A stretch of 64,000 nt of DNA, taken from positions 87,950-151,949 of the IMG/VR virus record IMGVR_UViG_2912765049_000001, one strand, 5' to 3'. The stretch comes from a virus. Taxonomy: Duplodnaviria; Caudoviricetes. Under the pieces are notes generated by a model. The model worked only from the letters and a program-made list of their open reading frames with translations. It was not told the origin of the DNA and did no database searches. Positions 38,486 to 47,505 of this stretch are shown here, piece after piece. How positions within the stretch are numbered: position 1 is the first letter of the stretch; the number at the start of each line of letters is the position of its first letter. Made by a program: the position numbers and the translations under genes.

Positions 38486-39124
38486 GGTCTCGCGGGGTGG
38501 GTCTCGGTGCTGGGGCGGTCTCGGTGTCGGCCCCGGCCGGTGCGGGTCTCGCAGGGGTGTGTGACCGGGTCTCGCGAGACCCGGTCTCGGGGTCTCAGCC
38601 GTCGGTGCCAGTGGCGTCGGTCTCGGTCTCGAGGTCTCGGTAGGTGCGGTGTCCGGCCTCGTACAGGGCCCGGGCGTCGGCAAGCCGCTTAGCTGCGGTG
38701 GAGCGGGGGCAGCCGGTGATCTCCTCGGCCTCCCCCTTGGCGTTCTTCGGGCCGAGCTGCACCGTGTTCGCGCCGCCGCGCTCCCACATGACGTCCAGCA
38801 GGGCCTGGACTTCGGCGGCCTTGTCCCGCAGCCGCGAGACCTTCGCGGTACCGGTCTCGCGGGGGCGAGACCTGGGGGCCGTGGTCTCGCGAGACCGGGC
38901 CTGGGTGGTCTCACGAGACCTGCGAGACCCGCCCTGGCCGGTCTCGCGAGACCCGGTCTCGCGGGTCTCAGCGGTCTCGGTCTCGGTGTCCGTGCGGGTG
39001 TGAGACCCGGTCTCGGTGGTCTCGTGAGACCCGTTCGAGACCCCGGTCTCACCGGGGGGCAGCGCACGGCGGGTCTCGGTCTCGATCGCCTCGGTGTCCG
39101 AGACCGAGGTCTCGGGCGAGACCC
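38486..39124. repeat. Dense GGTCTC/GAGACC repeat cluster
   Basis: About 35 GTCTC/GAGAC copies counted by eye, including five GGTCTC-NN-GAGACC palindromes. Confidence 0.85.
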
Positions 39125-41126
39125 GCTCGAGGAACTCGATCACCGGGATCGTCGTGGGACCGGCGTCGGGACCGGTGCGGTGGACGGTGACGACGTAGCG
39201 GTCCGCGTAGGCCGCTCCGGCGCGGCGGGCCTTGCGGTCCGCGAGGATGTGGCCGGCGGCGGTCCAGGCGGCTTCGGCGTTCGCCCACCGAAGCGGGTTG
39301 TCGATCATCAGGGAGCGGGCGGTCCAGGAGCGGACCGGGTAGCGGGTCCAGCGGCCCATGCCGAGGCTCGGCAGTGCCGGCGGGAGGTTCTTGTCCTCGC
39401 GCAGCTTGCGGCGGTGGACCAGGCGGGCGAACAGCTCCCACAGGACGACGCCGACCATCGACATGGCGCTGAAGGTGACCGCGCGGGGGGTGGCCGACCA
39501 GTCGTGGGAGTAGTGCCACCACTGCTGTACCGCGGCGCCGATCCCGAACAGCCAGGTGGCGATGCGGTACTCCCAGCCCTTGTCGCCGTCGCGGCGGGCC
39601 TGGTCGTACAGCCAGGCGCAGTACGCGGTCGTCATCTCGTACGCGGCGGCGTAGACCAGGGACGCGGCGAAGTTCCAGCCCAGGACCTTGATGGCGAAGC
39701 CGGACTGTCCGGTCCAGGCGACCACCATCGGCGCGATGATGGGCACGATGATCAGGGCTCGGACGGCGGCGGCCAGCAGGATCTTGCGCACCTTGTCGAG
39801 CGGGGTCGGCTTGCCCTCCTTGCGGGACTGACGGCGCTGCCGGGTCTGCTCGTCGAGCTGCTCCTTCTCCTTCCGCTTCTTGGTCCGCTGCCGGTCGGCC
39901 GCCTCGTCCTTCAGCCTCCGCTTCTCCAGCTTCTGGAACGTCGGGCTCAGGGCGCGCTCGAGTTCTGCGGCGGCCTTCTCCCGGTCTTCCTGAGCCTCCT
40001 TTCGCAGGTTGTCGGCCTCGGCGGTCGCCTCGGCGCGCTTGGTCCTGGCCTCCTGCAGGGCGGTGTCGGCCTGCGCGGTCAGTTCACGTGCCTGGTTCTC
40101 AGCCCGGTCGACGATGCCGGCGGCCTCCTCGTGGGCCCGGCTGACGAGCTGCTCGGAGAGCTTCTCCGCCTCCGTGACCGTCGAACGGGCCCCGGCGCGC
40201 AGCCGGTTGGCCTCGTCCTCGGCGGTCCGGCGGGTCCGGTCGGCGTCGTCCGTGGCGTCGGTGCGCAGCTGCGCCGCCTCGGCGGTGGCCGCGTCCCGGA
40301 CCCGGTTGGCGGTCTGCTCGGCCTGGGTGCGCAGGGCCTCGGCGGTCTCCTGCGCGTGCTGGCGCACCCGCTCGGCCTCGGCCCGGATGGCCCCGGCCTC
40401 GTCCTGGGCGCGCTCCCGCTCGGCGGCGCCCGCCGAACGCAGGCGCTCGGCTTCGGCGGCGGCGTCGCTGCGGATCCGCTGGGCGTCCTCCCGGCCACGG
40501 GCCAGGGCCTGCTCCGCCTCCGTACGCAGCCGCGCCGCTTCGGCACGGGCCTTGTCCAGGACGGTGTCCGCCTCGGCACGAGCCCGGGCGGTCAGGTCCT
40601 CGGCCTGGCTTTTCGCCTCGGCCAGCAGGCGGTCGGTGGCCTCGGCGGCCTCGGACCGCAGACGGTCGGCTTCCTCGGTGGCGTGGGCGAGTCGCTCGGA
40701 CGCCTCGGCGTCGGCGGTCGCCCGGGTCTCCTCGGCCGTGCCGGCCGCGTCGGTGCGCAGCGTCTCGGCCTCGGTACGGGCGTCGTCGAGCAGCTTCTGC
40801 GCGGCCTCCTGTGCGCGGGTCCGCAGCTGCTCGGCGTCCTGCTGGGCCTTGTTGTGCAGGGAGTTGGCGGTCTTCTCCGCGTCGGAGCGGAGGATGTCCG
40901 CCTTTTGCTGGGCCTCATCGAGCAGGCCCTGGACGGTGGTCTCCGCGTCCGTGGCGGCTGCGGCGACCTTGGCGGTGGCCAGCTTCTCGGCCTCGGCAAC
41001 GATGCCGTCGGCCTTGGCGCGAGCCTCGGCCAGCAGCGCCGATTCCGGCGACGTGGTCGCAGCCGCCTTCGTCGCGGCGGTCTTCCTGCCACGCCTCGGG
41101 GTTTGGCTGTTGCGGTTGGCGGCCAT
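38595..41126 (-). CDS. DUF2637/SpdB-like membrane protein with long N-terminal coiled coil and C-terminal HTH
   Basis: Ala/Glu coiled coil of ~430 aa, 4 TMs, RWTRYPVRSW motif, C-terminal EEITGCPRSTAAKRL. Confidence 0.75.
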   Translation of the reverse strand: MAANRNSQTPRRGRKTAATKAAATTSPESALLAEARAKADGIVAEAEKLATAKVAAAATDAETTVQGLLDEAQQKADILRSDAEKTANSLHNKAQQDAEQLRTRAQEAAQKLLDDARTEAETLRTDAAGTAEETRATADAEASERLAHATEEADRLRSEAAEATDRLLAEAKSQAEDLTARARAEADTVLDKARAEAARLRTEAEQALARGREDAQRIRSDAAAEAERLRSAGAAERERAQDEAGAIRAEAERVRQHAQETAEALRTQAEQTANRVRDAATAEAAQLRTDATDDADRTRRTAEDEANRLRAGARSTVTEAEKLSEQLVSRAHEEAAGIVDRAENQARELTAQADTALQEARTKRAEATAEADNLRKEAQEDREKAAAELERALSPTFQKLEKRRLKDEAADRQRTKKRKEKEQLDEQTRQRRQSRKEGKPTPLDKVRKILLAAAVRALIIVPIIAPMVVAWTGQSGFAIKVLGWNFAASLVYAAAYEMTTAYCAWLYDQARRDGDKGWEYRIATWLFGIGAAVQQWWHYSHDWSATPRAVTFSAMSMVGVVLWELFARLVHRRKLREDKNLPPALPSLGMGRWTRYPVRSWTARSLMIDNPLRWANAEAAWTAAGHILADRKARRAGAAYADRYVVTVHRTGPDAGPTTIPVIEFLERVSPETSVSDTEAIETETRRALPPGETGVSNGSHETTETGSHTRTDTETETAETRETGSRETGQGGSRRSRETTQARSRETTAPRSRPRETGTAKVSRLRDKAAEVQALLDVMWERGGANTVQLGPKNAKGEAEEITGCPRSTAAKRLADARALYEAGHRTYRDLETETDATGTDG

Positions 41127-41184
41127 GTCTGGCGGGGTCCTTTCGGATCAGCTGGCGGAGGTGTCTGGGTAGAGGGCGGGATGG

Positions 41185-41895
41185 TCAGAAGGCGATGGCG
41201 AGGCCGGCCGTGACGGCGAACAGCAGCCCGGAGAGCTTCAGCAGGACTCCGGCCCGGGCCAGGCACTGGAACTTGGCCTTCGCGATCGCGGAGAGCACGG
41301 CGAGTTCGGCGCGCCGGTCCGCTCCCGCTCCCAGCGCCTCGTCCAGCTCGGTTGCGGTGCAGCGGGAGTAGTAGATGAAGTTGGCGTTGGTGGTGCCGGT
41401 CAGCCGGGGCAGGACGACGTCCAGGAGCAGCCAGGTCGACACCCCGGCGAGGACCGAGGCGACCAAGCCCAGGGCGGCAACCCACCACGGCTGGCGCAGC
41501 AGGCTGTCGGCCTTCTCCGCGAGGGGGCCCGCGACGATCGCGACGCTGGCCAGCAGGATCGAGCTCTTCGTGTCGGTCCGGCTGATCTCGCCGCGCACCA
41601 CGAGGAGTTCGGACTCGGTGTAGTCCGGCTCCGGCAGGCGCGCGGTCCGCTCCTGCTCCTCCAGCACGCCGGCGATCCGCTCGACGTTGCCGTCGACCAG
41701 CGTGAGCGTCTCGTTCACACCGGCCAGTTCCTGCGACACAGCGAGCACGCTGTAGGGCAGCGCGACCTCGTCGCCGTTCTGGATCGGCCAGCCGTGCTCC
41801 GGGCTCTTCCCGTCCAGCGCCTGGTGGGCGCGCTCCCGGTAGCGGTCGGCCTGGTCGGCCGGCGTCACCCGGGGCTGTTCCTTCATCGTGGTCAT
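41185..41895 (-). CDS. Pycsar-effector-like (DUF5706) membrane protein
   Basis: EISRTDTKSSILLA...VVLPRL...LSAIAKAKF pattern with 3 TMs. Confidence 0.75.
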   Translation of the reverse strand: MTTMKEQPRVTPADQADRYRERAHQALDGKSPEHGWPIQNGDEVALPYSVLAVSQELAGVNETLTLVDGNVERIAGVLEEQERTARLPEPDYTESELLVVRGEISRTDTKSSILLASVAIVAGPLAEKADSLLRQPWWVAALGLVASVLAGVSTWLLLDVVLPRLTGTTNANFIYYSRCTATELDEALGAGADRRAELAVLSAIAKAKFQCLARAGVLLKLSGLLFAVTAGLAIAF

Positions 41896-41941
41896 GGAGC
41901 GGTTTCCCTCTCGCGGATCGGAGCGGTCTGGGGTCGTGGAG

Positions 41942-42352
41942 TCAGGAGCGGCGGCCGGAGAACCGGACCCGGGACTTCGGCCTGGTGGCGACCACGACGG
42001 TGCGCGGGGTGCTGAGGTCGATGGCCCAGCAGTTCGCGGCGTGGTCGTTGGCCTCCTCCCGGGTGTGGGTGAGCTCCCGGGTGAGGTCCAGGTCGAAGAG
42101 GCAGCCGTGGCAGCGCCAGTTCGTCTTGCCGTGCCGCTGGCCGGTGATGTCGACGTACGAGCCGCCCCGGGTGCGGAACCGCAGGACCAGGTCGGCGGGC
42201 CGCTCGGGCTCGGCGGGCCGACGGCCCGGCACGGCCACGGCGGCCGGGGCCGGGTGGCCGGCCAGGTGCTGCGCGGTCTCGGTGCCGGACGGCGTCTCGG
42301 CGTCGCGGCGACGGCCGCGGAGGCGGATCCGGACCCGGCTCGCGTCGGTCAT
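41942..42352 (-). CDS. Hypothetical Zn-binding protein
   Basis: RFRTRGG...WRCHGC...ANDHAANC. Confidence 0.7.
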   Translation of the reverse strand: MTDASRVRIRLRGRRRDAETPSGTETAQHLAGHPAPAAVAVPGRRPAEPERPADLVLRFRTRGGSYVDITGQRHGKTNWRCHGCLFDLDLTRELTHTREEANDHAANCWAIDLSTPRTVVVATRPKSRVRFSGRRS

Positions 42353-42507
42353 GGTCGGTGGTGTCCTTCCGTTCGGTGAGGCTGAGGTGACGGGCGGTGT
42401 TCGCGTCCGGGCGCACTCGGCCCGGGCGGTGGCGCTGTACACGAGGGGGTGGTGGGTGCGGGGCCCGACCGTTGTCGGCTCCAGCCGGGCCCCGCCGGGG
42501 AGGGCGG

Positions 42508-42828
42508 CTAGTAGGGGGTGCCGACCGCCGGGGCTTCACCGCGGCTGGCCTGTCGGCCGCCGAGGACGAAGCCGAGGACGGTGCCCATGACGAGGCTGAT
42601 CACGAGGAAGACCCCGGTGAACCAGCCCAGGTGGGCCAGGGCAAGCCAGAAGCCGTTGACGAACACGTCGATCGTGGTGAGGACCGCGCCGGTCAGCGCC
42701 ACGAGGATCACGAAGATCCCCGCGCCCTTGCTCAGCGGCGGCGCCTCGTCCACGTCGTCGTGACGCTTCTCCATCGGAACGGCCGGCATGGTCGGCGCGG
42801 CCGAGGTGTCGAAGCCGGTGGTGGTCAT
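42508..42828 (-). CDS. Small membrane protein
   Basis: Two hydrophobic segments. Confidence 0.7.
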   Translation of the reverse strand: MTTTGFDTSAAPTMPAVPMEKRHDDVDEAPPLSKGAGIFVILVALTGAVLTTIDVFVNGFWLALAHLGWFTGVFLVISLVMGTVLGFVLGGRQASRGEAPAVGTPY

Positions 42829-43256
42829 CAGCGGCCACCCCCCAGCGCGCGGGCCGCGAAGCCCAACACCCCGGACGTCGGGGCCGAGTTGCCCTCGAGG
42901 ACGTGGAGGACCTGGTTCATCGTGTCCTCGCCGTCGCCCTGCAGCACGACCTCGCTGTACTCGACGGCGTTCCGGGCCAGCGCGACCCGCTCCGAGCCGG
43001 GCAGCTCGGCCGTCACCGAGTGGTGCGAGAAGTCCTTGACCAGGTCGCCAATCTCCGCGACCGCGTTCGTGCTGCCGGTGCCGTCACCGCCCAGGGACTT
43101 CAGGACCTGCGCGAGGTCCGCCAGGTCCCGGGGCTGGTAGGCGTGGAGCTGAGCGATCGCGTCGAGCAGCGGCCGAACCGCAGGGTGCACGTCCGCCTGG
43201 TAGGCCAGCGCGGCCCGCTCGGCAGCGGTGCGGGAGGAAAGGGAGGAGGAGGTCAT
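42828..43256 (-). CDS. Hypothetical protein
   Basis: Translationally coupled in the operon. Confidence 0.65.
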   Translation of the reverse strand: MTSSSLSSRTAAERAALAYQADVHPAVRPLLDAIAQLHAYQPRDLADLAQVLKSLGGDGTGSTNAVAEIGDLVKDFSHHSVTAELPGSERVALARNAVEYSEVVLQGDGEDTMNQVLHVLEGNSAPTSGVLGFAARALGGGR

Positions 43257-43654
43257 CGCGTGGTCACCGCCCCGGTCTTGCCGTACGCGGCGACCTCGGC
43301 GAGGTTCGTCAGGACGTCGCAGTCCACGTCGGACAGCTCCCCGGGGCCCCCGTTGAGGGTCTCCCGGATCTCGTCGACGCTGCGGACCTGCACCGGCTTC
43401 GGCTCGATGACGTGGTCGGAGTTGGTCCACGTCATGGCGTGCACGGTCACCTCGCCGGTGCTCCGGCGGCGAACCTGCACCGCCCACGCGGCGTTGCGGC
43501 CCAGGGCCGCGGTCGCCTCGGCGCCCCGCAGGACCTTCAGCACCTCGAACGTGCCGGTCGGGTTGTAGTACGTGACGCCCTCGGTCCGGGGGCCGATCTC
43601 CTTCTGCACACGCTCGTCCGCGTCGGCGGACTGCACCATGGTCGCGACCATCAT
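43253..43654 (-). CDS. Hypothetical protein
   Basis: ATGA overlaps on both sides. Confidence 0.65.
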   Translation of the reverse strand: MMVATMVQSADADERVQKEIGPRTEGVTYYNPTGTFEVLKVLRGAEATAALGRNAAWAVQVRRRSTGEVTVHAMTWTNSDHVIEPKPVQVRSVDEIRETLNGGPGELSDVDCDVLTNLAEVAAYGKTGAVTTR

Positions 43655-44118
43655 GCCGACACCACCTCGGCCTGCTCGATCCGGACGTCGGGCGAGGTGA
43701 AGACCAGGATGTCGATCAGCGCCATGCCGTTGGCGTCGGGGCGCCGGACCTTGCCGCTCAGCTCGACCTGCACGCCCTCGGTGCAGACGGACCACAGGTC
43801 GAGGTAGTGCTCGGTGTCGACGACGCACTGGGCCGATTCGCCGGTCGTGCCGGTCACGGTCACGATCGCGCGCCGGTCCTCGCCGTCGCCCAGGACCTGC
43901 ACCGCCGTGACGGTGCCAGACGCGGACACCAGGGTGCCCGTCGGGACCATGTCCAGGTGCCGCGTGTCCGGGCCGAGGTCACCGAGGTACTCGACGACCA
44001 GGCGGCCGGGCCGGCGGCGAACCGGAAGGGCGGGATGGGTCGGAACGGGCTGCTCGGAGGTGGACTCGATTCCGCGCACCGCCTTGGTGTCCGCGGTCGT
44101 GCTTGTGCGATCCTTCAT
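43651..44118 (-). CDS. Putative OB-fold protein, first gene of the transfer operon
   Basis: Beta-rich SGTVTAV...AIVTVTG...VELSGKVRR; GGAGG RBS. Confidence 0.6.
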   Translation of the reverse strand: MKDRTSTTADTKAVRGIESTSEQPVPTHPALPVRRRPGRLVVEYLGDLGPDTRHLDMVPTGTLVSASGTVTAVQVLGDGEDRRAIVTVTGTTGESAQCVVDTEHYLDLWSVCTEGVQVELSGKVRRPDANGMALIDILVFTSPDVRIEQAEVVSA

Positions 44119-44166
44119 GGGGATCGGCCTCCCTGAGAGTGCAGGTGGGCGGTTCCTTTCTCGGCC

Positions 44167-44251
44167 GGTGGTAGGACACCTTCCGAGGCGGGCCCCGGTC
44201 GGGTGGTAGGACACCCAACCGGGGTTCTTGCATGTCAGGCGGTAGGACGCC
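44167..44251. repeat. Three 14-bp direct repeats GGYGGTAGGACRCC
   Basis: At 44167, 44202 and 44238 (35/36-bp period). Confidence 0.8.
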
Positions 44252-44271
44252 TGGAGTGTGGCCGGGAAGTT

Positions 44272-44713
44272 TGACCCCGTCACGGGTACAAACTTACGCT
44301 CCACTCGGGGCCCGGTCAATACGGTTCCGGAAGCTGGCGTTACGAAGAGGAGGGCCGACGGCCACGCCCGGGCCGATTCGCGATCCAGGCGTCGATCGTC
44401 GACTGCAACCATGCCGGCGAACGGTTGAACTGCTCGTCGGGAAGCGGGAGATCCTGCGGTCGCACGGTGAGCCCATCCGCGATCCGCTTGCGGGTGCGCT
44501 TCAGATACATCCGTACCGTCTCGCTCGTCACGCCGATCTTGGCGGCCACCGCTTCGGTGTCGAGCAACGGATTCCCATCCGACACGTCCACTCCTTGTCC
44601 CCTTGGTGGGGTCAAAGGTATCGAACGCGTCGACTCGAGCACCGCAGCAGGCATCGCCACAACCAGCACCTCCCCTCAGTGCGACCAGAGAAAATGTACC
44701 CTTGACGGGGACA
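44272..44713. promoter_or_regulatory. Three TGWCCCC-N5-GGGKACA dyads flanking the HTH gene
   Basis: 44272-44290, 44596-44614, 44695-44713. Confidence 0.75.
44340..44585 (-). CDS. AlpA-like HTH regulator (paralog of 15366-15620)
   Basis: AAGGAG RBS + GTG; AVAAKIGVTSETVRMY...LPLPD...PAWLQSTIDAW...RPGRG. Confidence 0.8.
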   Translation of the reverse strand: MSDGNPLLDTEAVAAKIGVTSETVRMYLKRTRKRIADGLTVRPQDLPLPDEQFNRSPAWLQSTIDAWIANRPGRGRRPSSS

Positions 44714-44910
44714 ATATTAGGGCGTTTCATGTGGCTGTCTAGCCCCTCCGAGGTGGTTGGTGTCTGACAAGGACTGACCGTCTCGGCGCTGTCAGCGACT
44801 GCACCGACGAAAGTGAGGAGGCCGATGCTGGCCCCCCGATCCGCGCACTCCCCGGCGCTCGAGGACGTGTCCACGACGCCGGCACGCCCTGCGGTTCCCG
44901 AGGGAGCCCA

Positions 44911-46029
44911 GTGAGCGGCGCGGCTTTGGTGTGGGCGATGCGTCACAAGAAGTGGTGCGAATCCACTGGTGAGTTGGCCGTGCTGATGGCCATCGCCGAT
45001 CACATGAACAAGGACCTGAAGAACTCGCATGCGAGCCAGGCGACGCTCGCTGAGGAGACGTTCATGTCGGCGCGCTCCGTGGGCACGCACATGCGGAATC
45101 TCGCCAAGCGTGGCGTGATCGTGCCAGGTGATCCCGAAGCCGTCGAGCACATTCGCCCGGATCGCCGTCCCCCGGTGTGGGATTTCCCTGCTGACCTGCC
45201 CAAAGAGCCCCCGGCGACTGGCAATGAATTCCACCCGGGCGGGAGACCTGCGGAGGCTGACCAGAAGGGACGGGTGGCAAGAGGTTCCACCCGAGGTTCC
45301 ACCCGCGAGCGGGGCACGGGTGGAAAATCGGCGCAGCCACGGGTGGAAACAGTTGCCGACGAACCTGGAAGTACTGAACCTGGGGAAAGCGTCGTCGGTG
45401 ACGGCCGTAGGCCACCCACCGGTAGTAGAGGGCCTGCCGGGCGCGGCGAGGCCGCGTCGAGAAGCGAGGCACCGACGAGGAAGCTTGCAGTGGCCGACCT
45501 CCGCCAGGTGGTAGAGGGAATCCCCGCTCCACTGACCGCTCAGCTGCAGAGCGAGTTCCCTCGAGGTCTGCCGTCCTCGGTGAATGAGGCCGTAGCCAAG
45601 GCGGTCGTCGACGAGCAACGGACCGTCGACCAGGTCGTCGAGCGAGTAGAGCGGCGCTGGCTGCTCTGGTCGTACGAGAACGACGCCGTCGCCGAGTCCG
45701 GTCGCGGGCTCGACCGGCCCCTTGGTGTCCTGTTGGCGCTGCTCGGCGCCTCGGCCTGCTGGGGCAACAACGCGCGGTGCGAGGACGGCATCGACATCGA
45801 CACCGGCACCGAGTGCCCACGGTGCGCCGAGGTCCGGGAGGACAAGGCCGCCGAGCGGGCTGCCCAGGAGATCCCCGTAGTTGGCGGCGGATACAGCGTC
45901 CCCTTCCAGGCGCCGAGAGACGCCGAGCCCAGCCCGTACGTGCACTGCCGTGGCTCCGGCTGCGGCGTGAAGATGTGGCCCAGCGAAGACGGCCTGTGCC
46001 GCGAATGCCGCGAATACGCGAGTGTGTGA
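44911..46029 (+). CDS. Replication initiator (N-terminal wHTH, lambda O-like architecture), C-terminal Zn fingers
   Basis: VLMAIADH...SQATLAEETFMSARSVGTHMRNLAKRGVI; disordered linker carries iterons; CxxC pairs. Confidence 0.75.
   Translation: MSGAALVWAMRHKKWCESTGELAVLMAIADHMNKDLKNSHASQATLAEETFMSARSVGTHMRNLAKRGVIVPGDPEAVEHIRPDRRPPVWDFPADLPKEPPATGNEFHPGGRPAEADQKGRVARGSTRGSTRERGTGGKSAQPRVETVADEPGSTEPGESVVGDGRRPPTGSRGPAGRGEAASRSEAPTRKLAVADLRQVVEGIPAPLTAQLQSEFPRGLPSSVNEAVAKAVVDEQRTVDQVVERVERRWLLWSYENDAVAESGRGLDRPLGVLLALLGASACWGNNARCEDGIDIDTGTECPRCAEVREDKAAERAAQEIPVVGGGYSVPFQAPRDAEPSPYVHCRGSGCGVKMWPSEDGLCRECREYASV
45229..45348. repeat. Iterons TTCCACCCG within the rep gene (putative origin)
   Basis: Direct at 45229, 45285, 45297; inverted at 45317, 45340; variant at 45271. 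Confidence 0.75.
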
Positions 46030-46269
46030 CAGCTGGCGGATCAGGGCGCTTCGCCGCCAACTCGGGCCTGATGACTGGAACATGAAGCGGGAGCCTCCCT
46101 TCCGAGAGTGGTGATCAACACCGTGTGCCTGCGTCGTGACACGCGGGAAGGTGGACAGGGGCGGGCAGCGGAAGTGACCACCCCATGTCCCCCCGGCGCG
46201 GCCGGGACCGGCGTGCCAGACTCGGCAGGAAGGGGACGCGGCGTCGGCCGCGGCGAAGGAGGGCACGGG

Positions 46270-47505
46270 ATGTACGAGGATCGGCCGGCCTGGGCACAGC
46301 GGATGGAGGCCGAGCGGAAGGCCCGCGGCTGGTCGCCGCTGGACGCGGCCCGCGCGATGATCGCGCATTCGGCCGATCCGATGCCCGACGACAAGACCGT
46401 GGCTCGCCAGTGGCGCCGGTGGGAGGCGGGCGAAGTCGAGCCCCGTGACCGCAAGGAACTGATCGCGAAGGTGTTCGGGACGACGACGCACGCGTTCTTC
46501 CCTGTGCCGTCGAAGCGGGACGGCCGTGCCGAGGTCCTGGCCGTGTCCGGGATGGACACCGTGGACATCGTCTCGAGGCTGCGGTCCAGCGACCTGGACC
46601 AGGCCACCATGGACGCGCTGGCCATCACCGTGGACCGGTTGTGCTCGGAGTACGCCTACATGCCCGGTGACCAGCTGCTTGCCGAAGGTCGGGCGTGGCT
46701 GACGCGGGTCGTCGGCATGCGTTCGCAGCGCCTGACGCTCACCCAGCACCGGGAGGTCCTGGTCCTGGCCGGCATGCTGACCCTGCTCGTCGGTTGTGTG
46801 GAGTACGACTCGGGCGGGCGCCAGGGTCGCCTGGCTGCCGAGGGGACGCGGCAGGCCGCGCTCGCCCTGGGCCGCGAGGCCGGGCACGCGCCGATCGTTG
46901 GCTGGGGCCACGAGATGCAGGCGTGGTTCGCCCTGACGCGGGGCGACATGAAGGGTGTCATCGCCGCTTCGGACGAGGGCATCGCCGCAGCGCCGAGTGA
47001 TAGCGTCGCCGTCCAGCTCTGGGCCCAGAAGGCCAAGGCGTGGGCTCGTCTCGGTGACCGTCGTCAGGTCGAGGTGGCCCTCGACTCCGGCCGGCGCCTG
47101 CTCGAGGGCATGGCGTACCCGACCAACCCGGAGAACCACTTCACGGTCGACCCGGCCAAGTGGGACTTCTACGCGATGGACTGCTACCGCAAGCTCGGCG
47201 AGGACGCCCTCGCCGAGAACCTGGCCCGCGAGGTCCTGCGCGTCGGGGTCGACTACGACGGCACCGACCGCTCCCCCATGCGCAATGCCGAAGCCCGGGT
47301 CACCCTCGGCGTCGTCGCCGCCCGCCAGGGCGCCGTCGACGAGGCCGTCTCGTACGGGATGAAGGCCCTCGGTGGCGAGCGGAAGTCCTTGCCTTCCCTG
47401 GCCATGGTCGCGGACGACCTCGGTGGAGTCCTCGCCCGCGACCATCGGGAGCAGCCCGAGGCCCGCGAGTTCCTCGACCATCTGCAGGTGCTCCGCAGCG
47501 CCTGA
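46270..47505 (+). CDS. XRE-HTH + TPR-like regulator
   Basis: ERKARGWS...WRRWEAGE HTH; helical-repeat C-terminus. Confidence 0.8.
   Translation: MYEDRPAWAQRMEAERKARGWSPLDAARAMIAHSADPMPDDKTVARQWRRWEAGEVEPRDRKELIAKVFGTTTHAFFPVPSKRDGRAEVLAVSGMDTVDIVSRLRSSDLDQATMDALAITVDRLCSEYAYMPGDQLLAEGRAWLTRVVGMRSQRLTLTQHREVLVLAGMLTLLVGCVEYDSGGRQGRLAAEGTRQAALALGREAGHAPIVGWGHEMQAWFALTRGDMKGVIAASDEGIAAAPSDSVAVQLWAQKAKAWARLGDRRQVEVALDSGRRLLEGMAYPTNPENHFTVDPAKWDFYAMDCYRKLGEDALAENLAREVLRVGVDYDGTDRSPMRNAEARVTLGVVAARQGAVDEAVSYGMKALGGERKSLPSLAMVADDLGGVLARDHREQPEAREFLDHLQVLRSA

Noticed and set aside
44167-44251. Mini-CRISPR interpretation of the 14-bp repeats
   Set aside because: Repeats (14 bp) and spacers (21-22 bp) are too short, there are only three copies and no cas genes.
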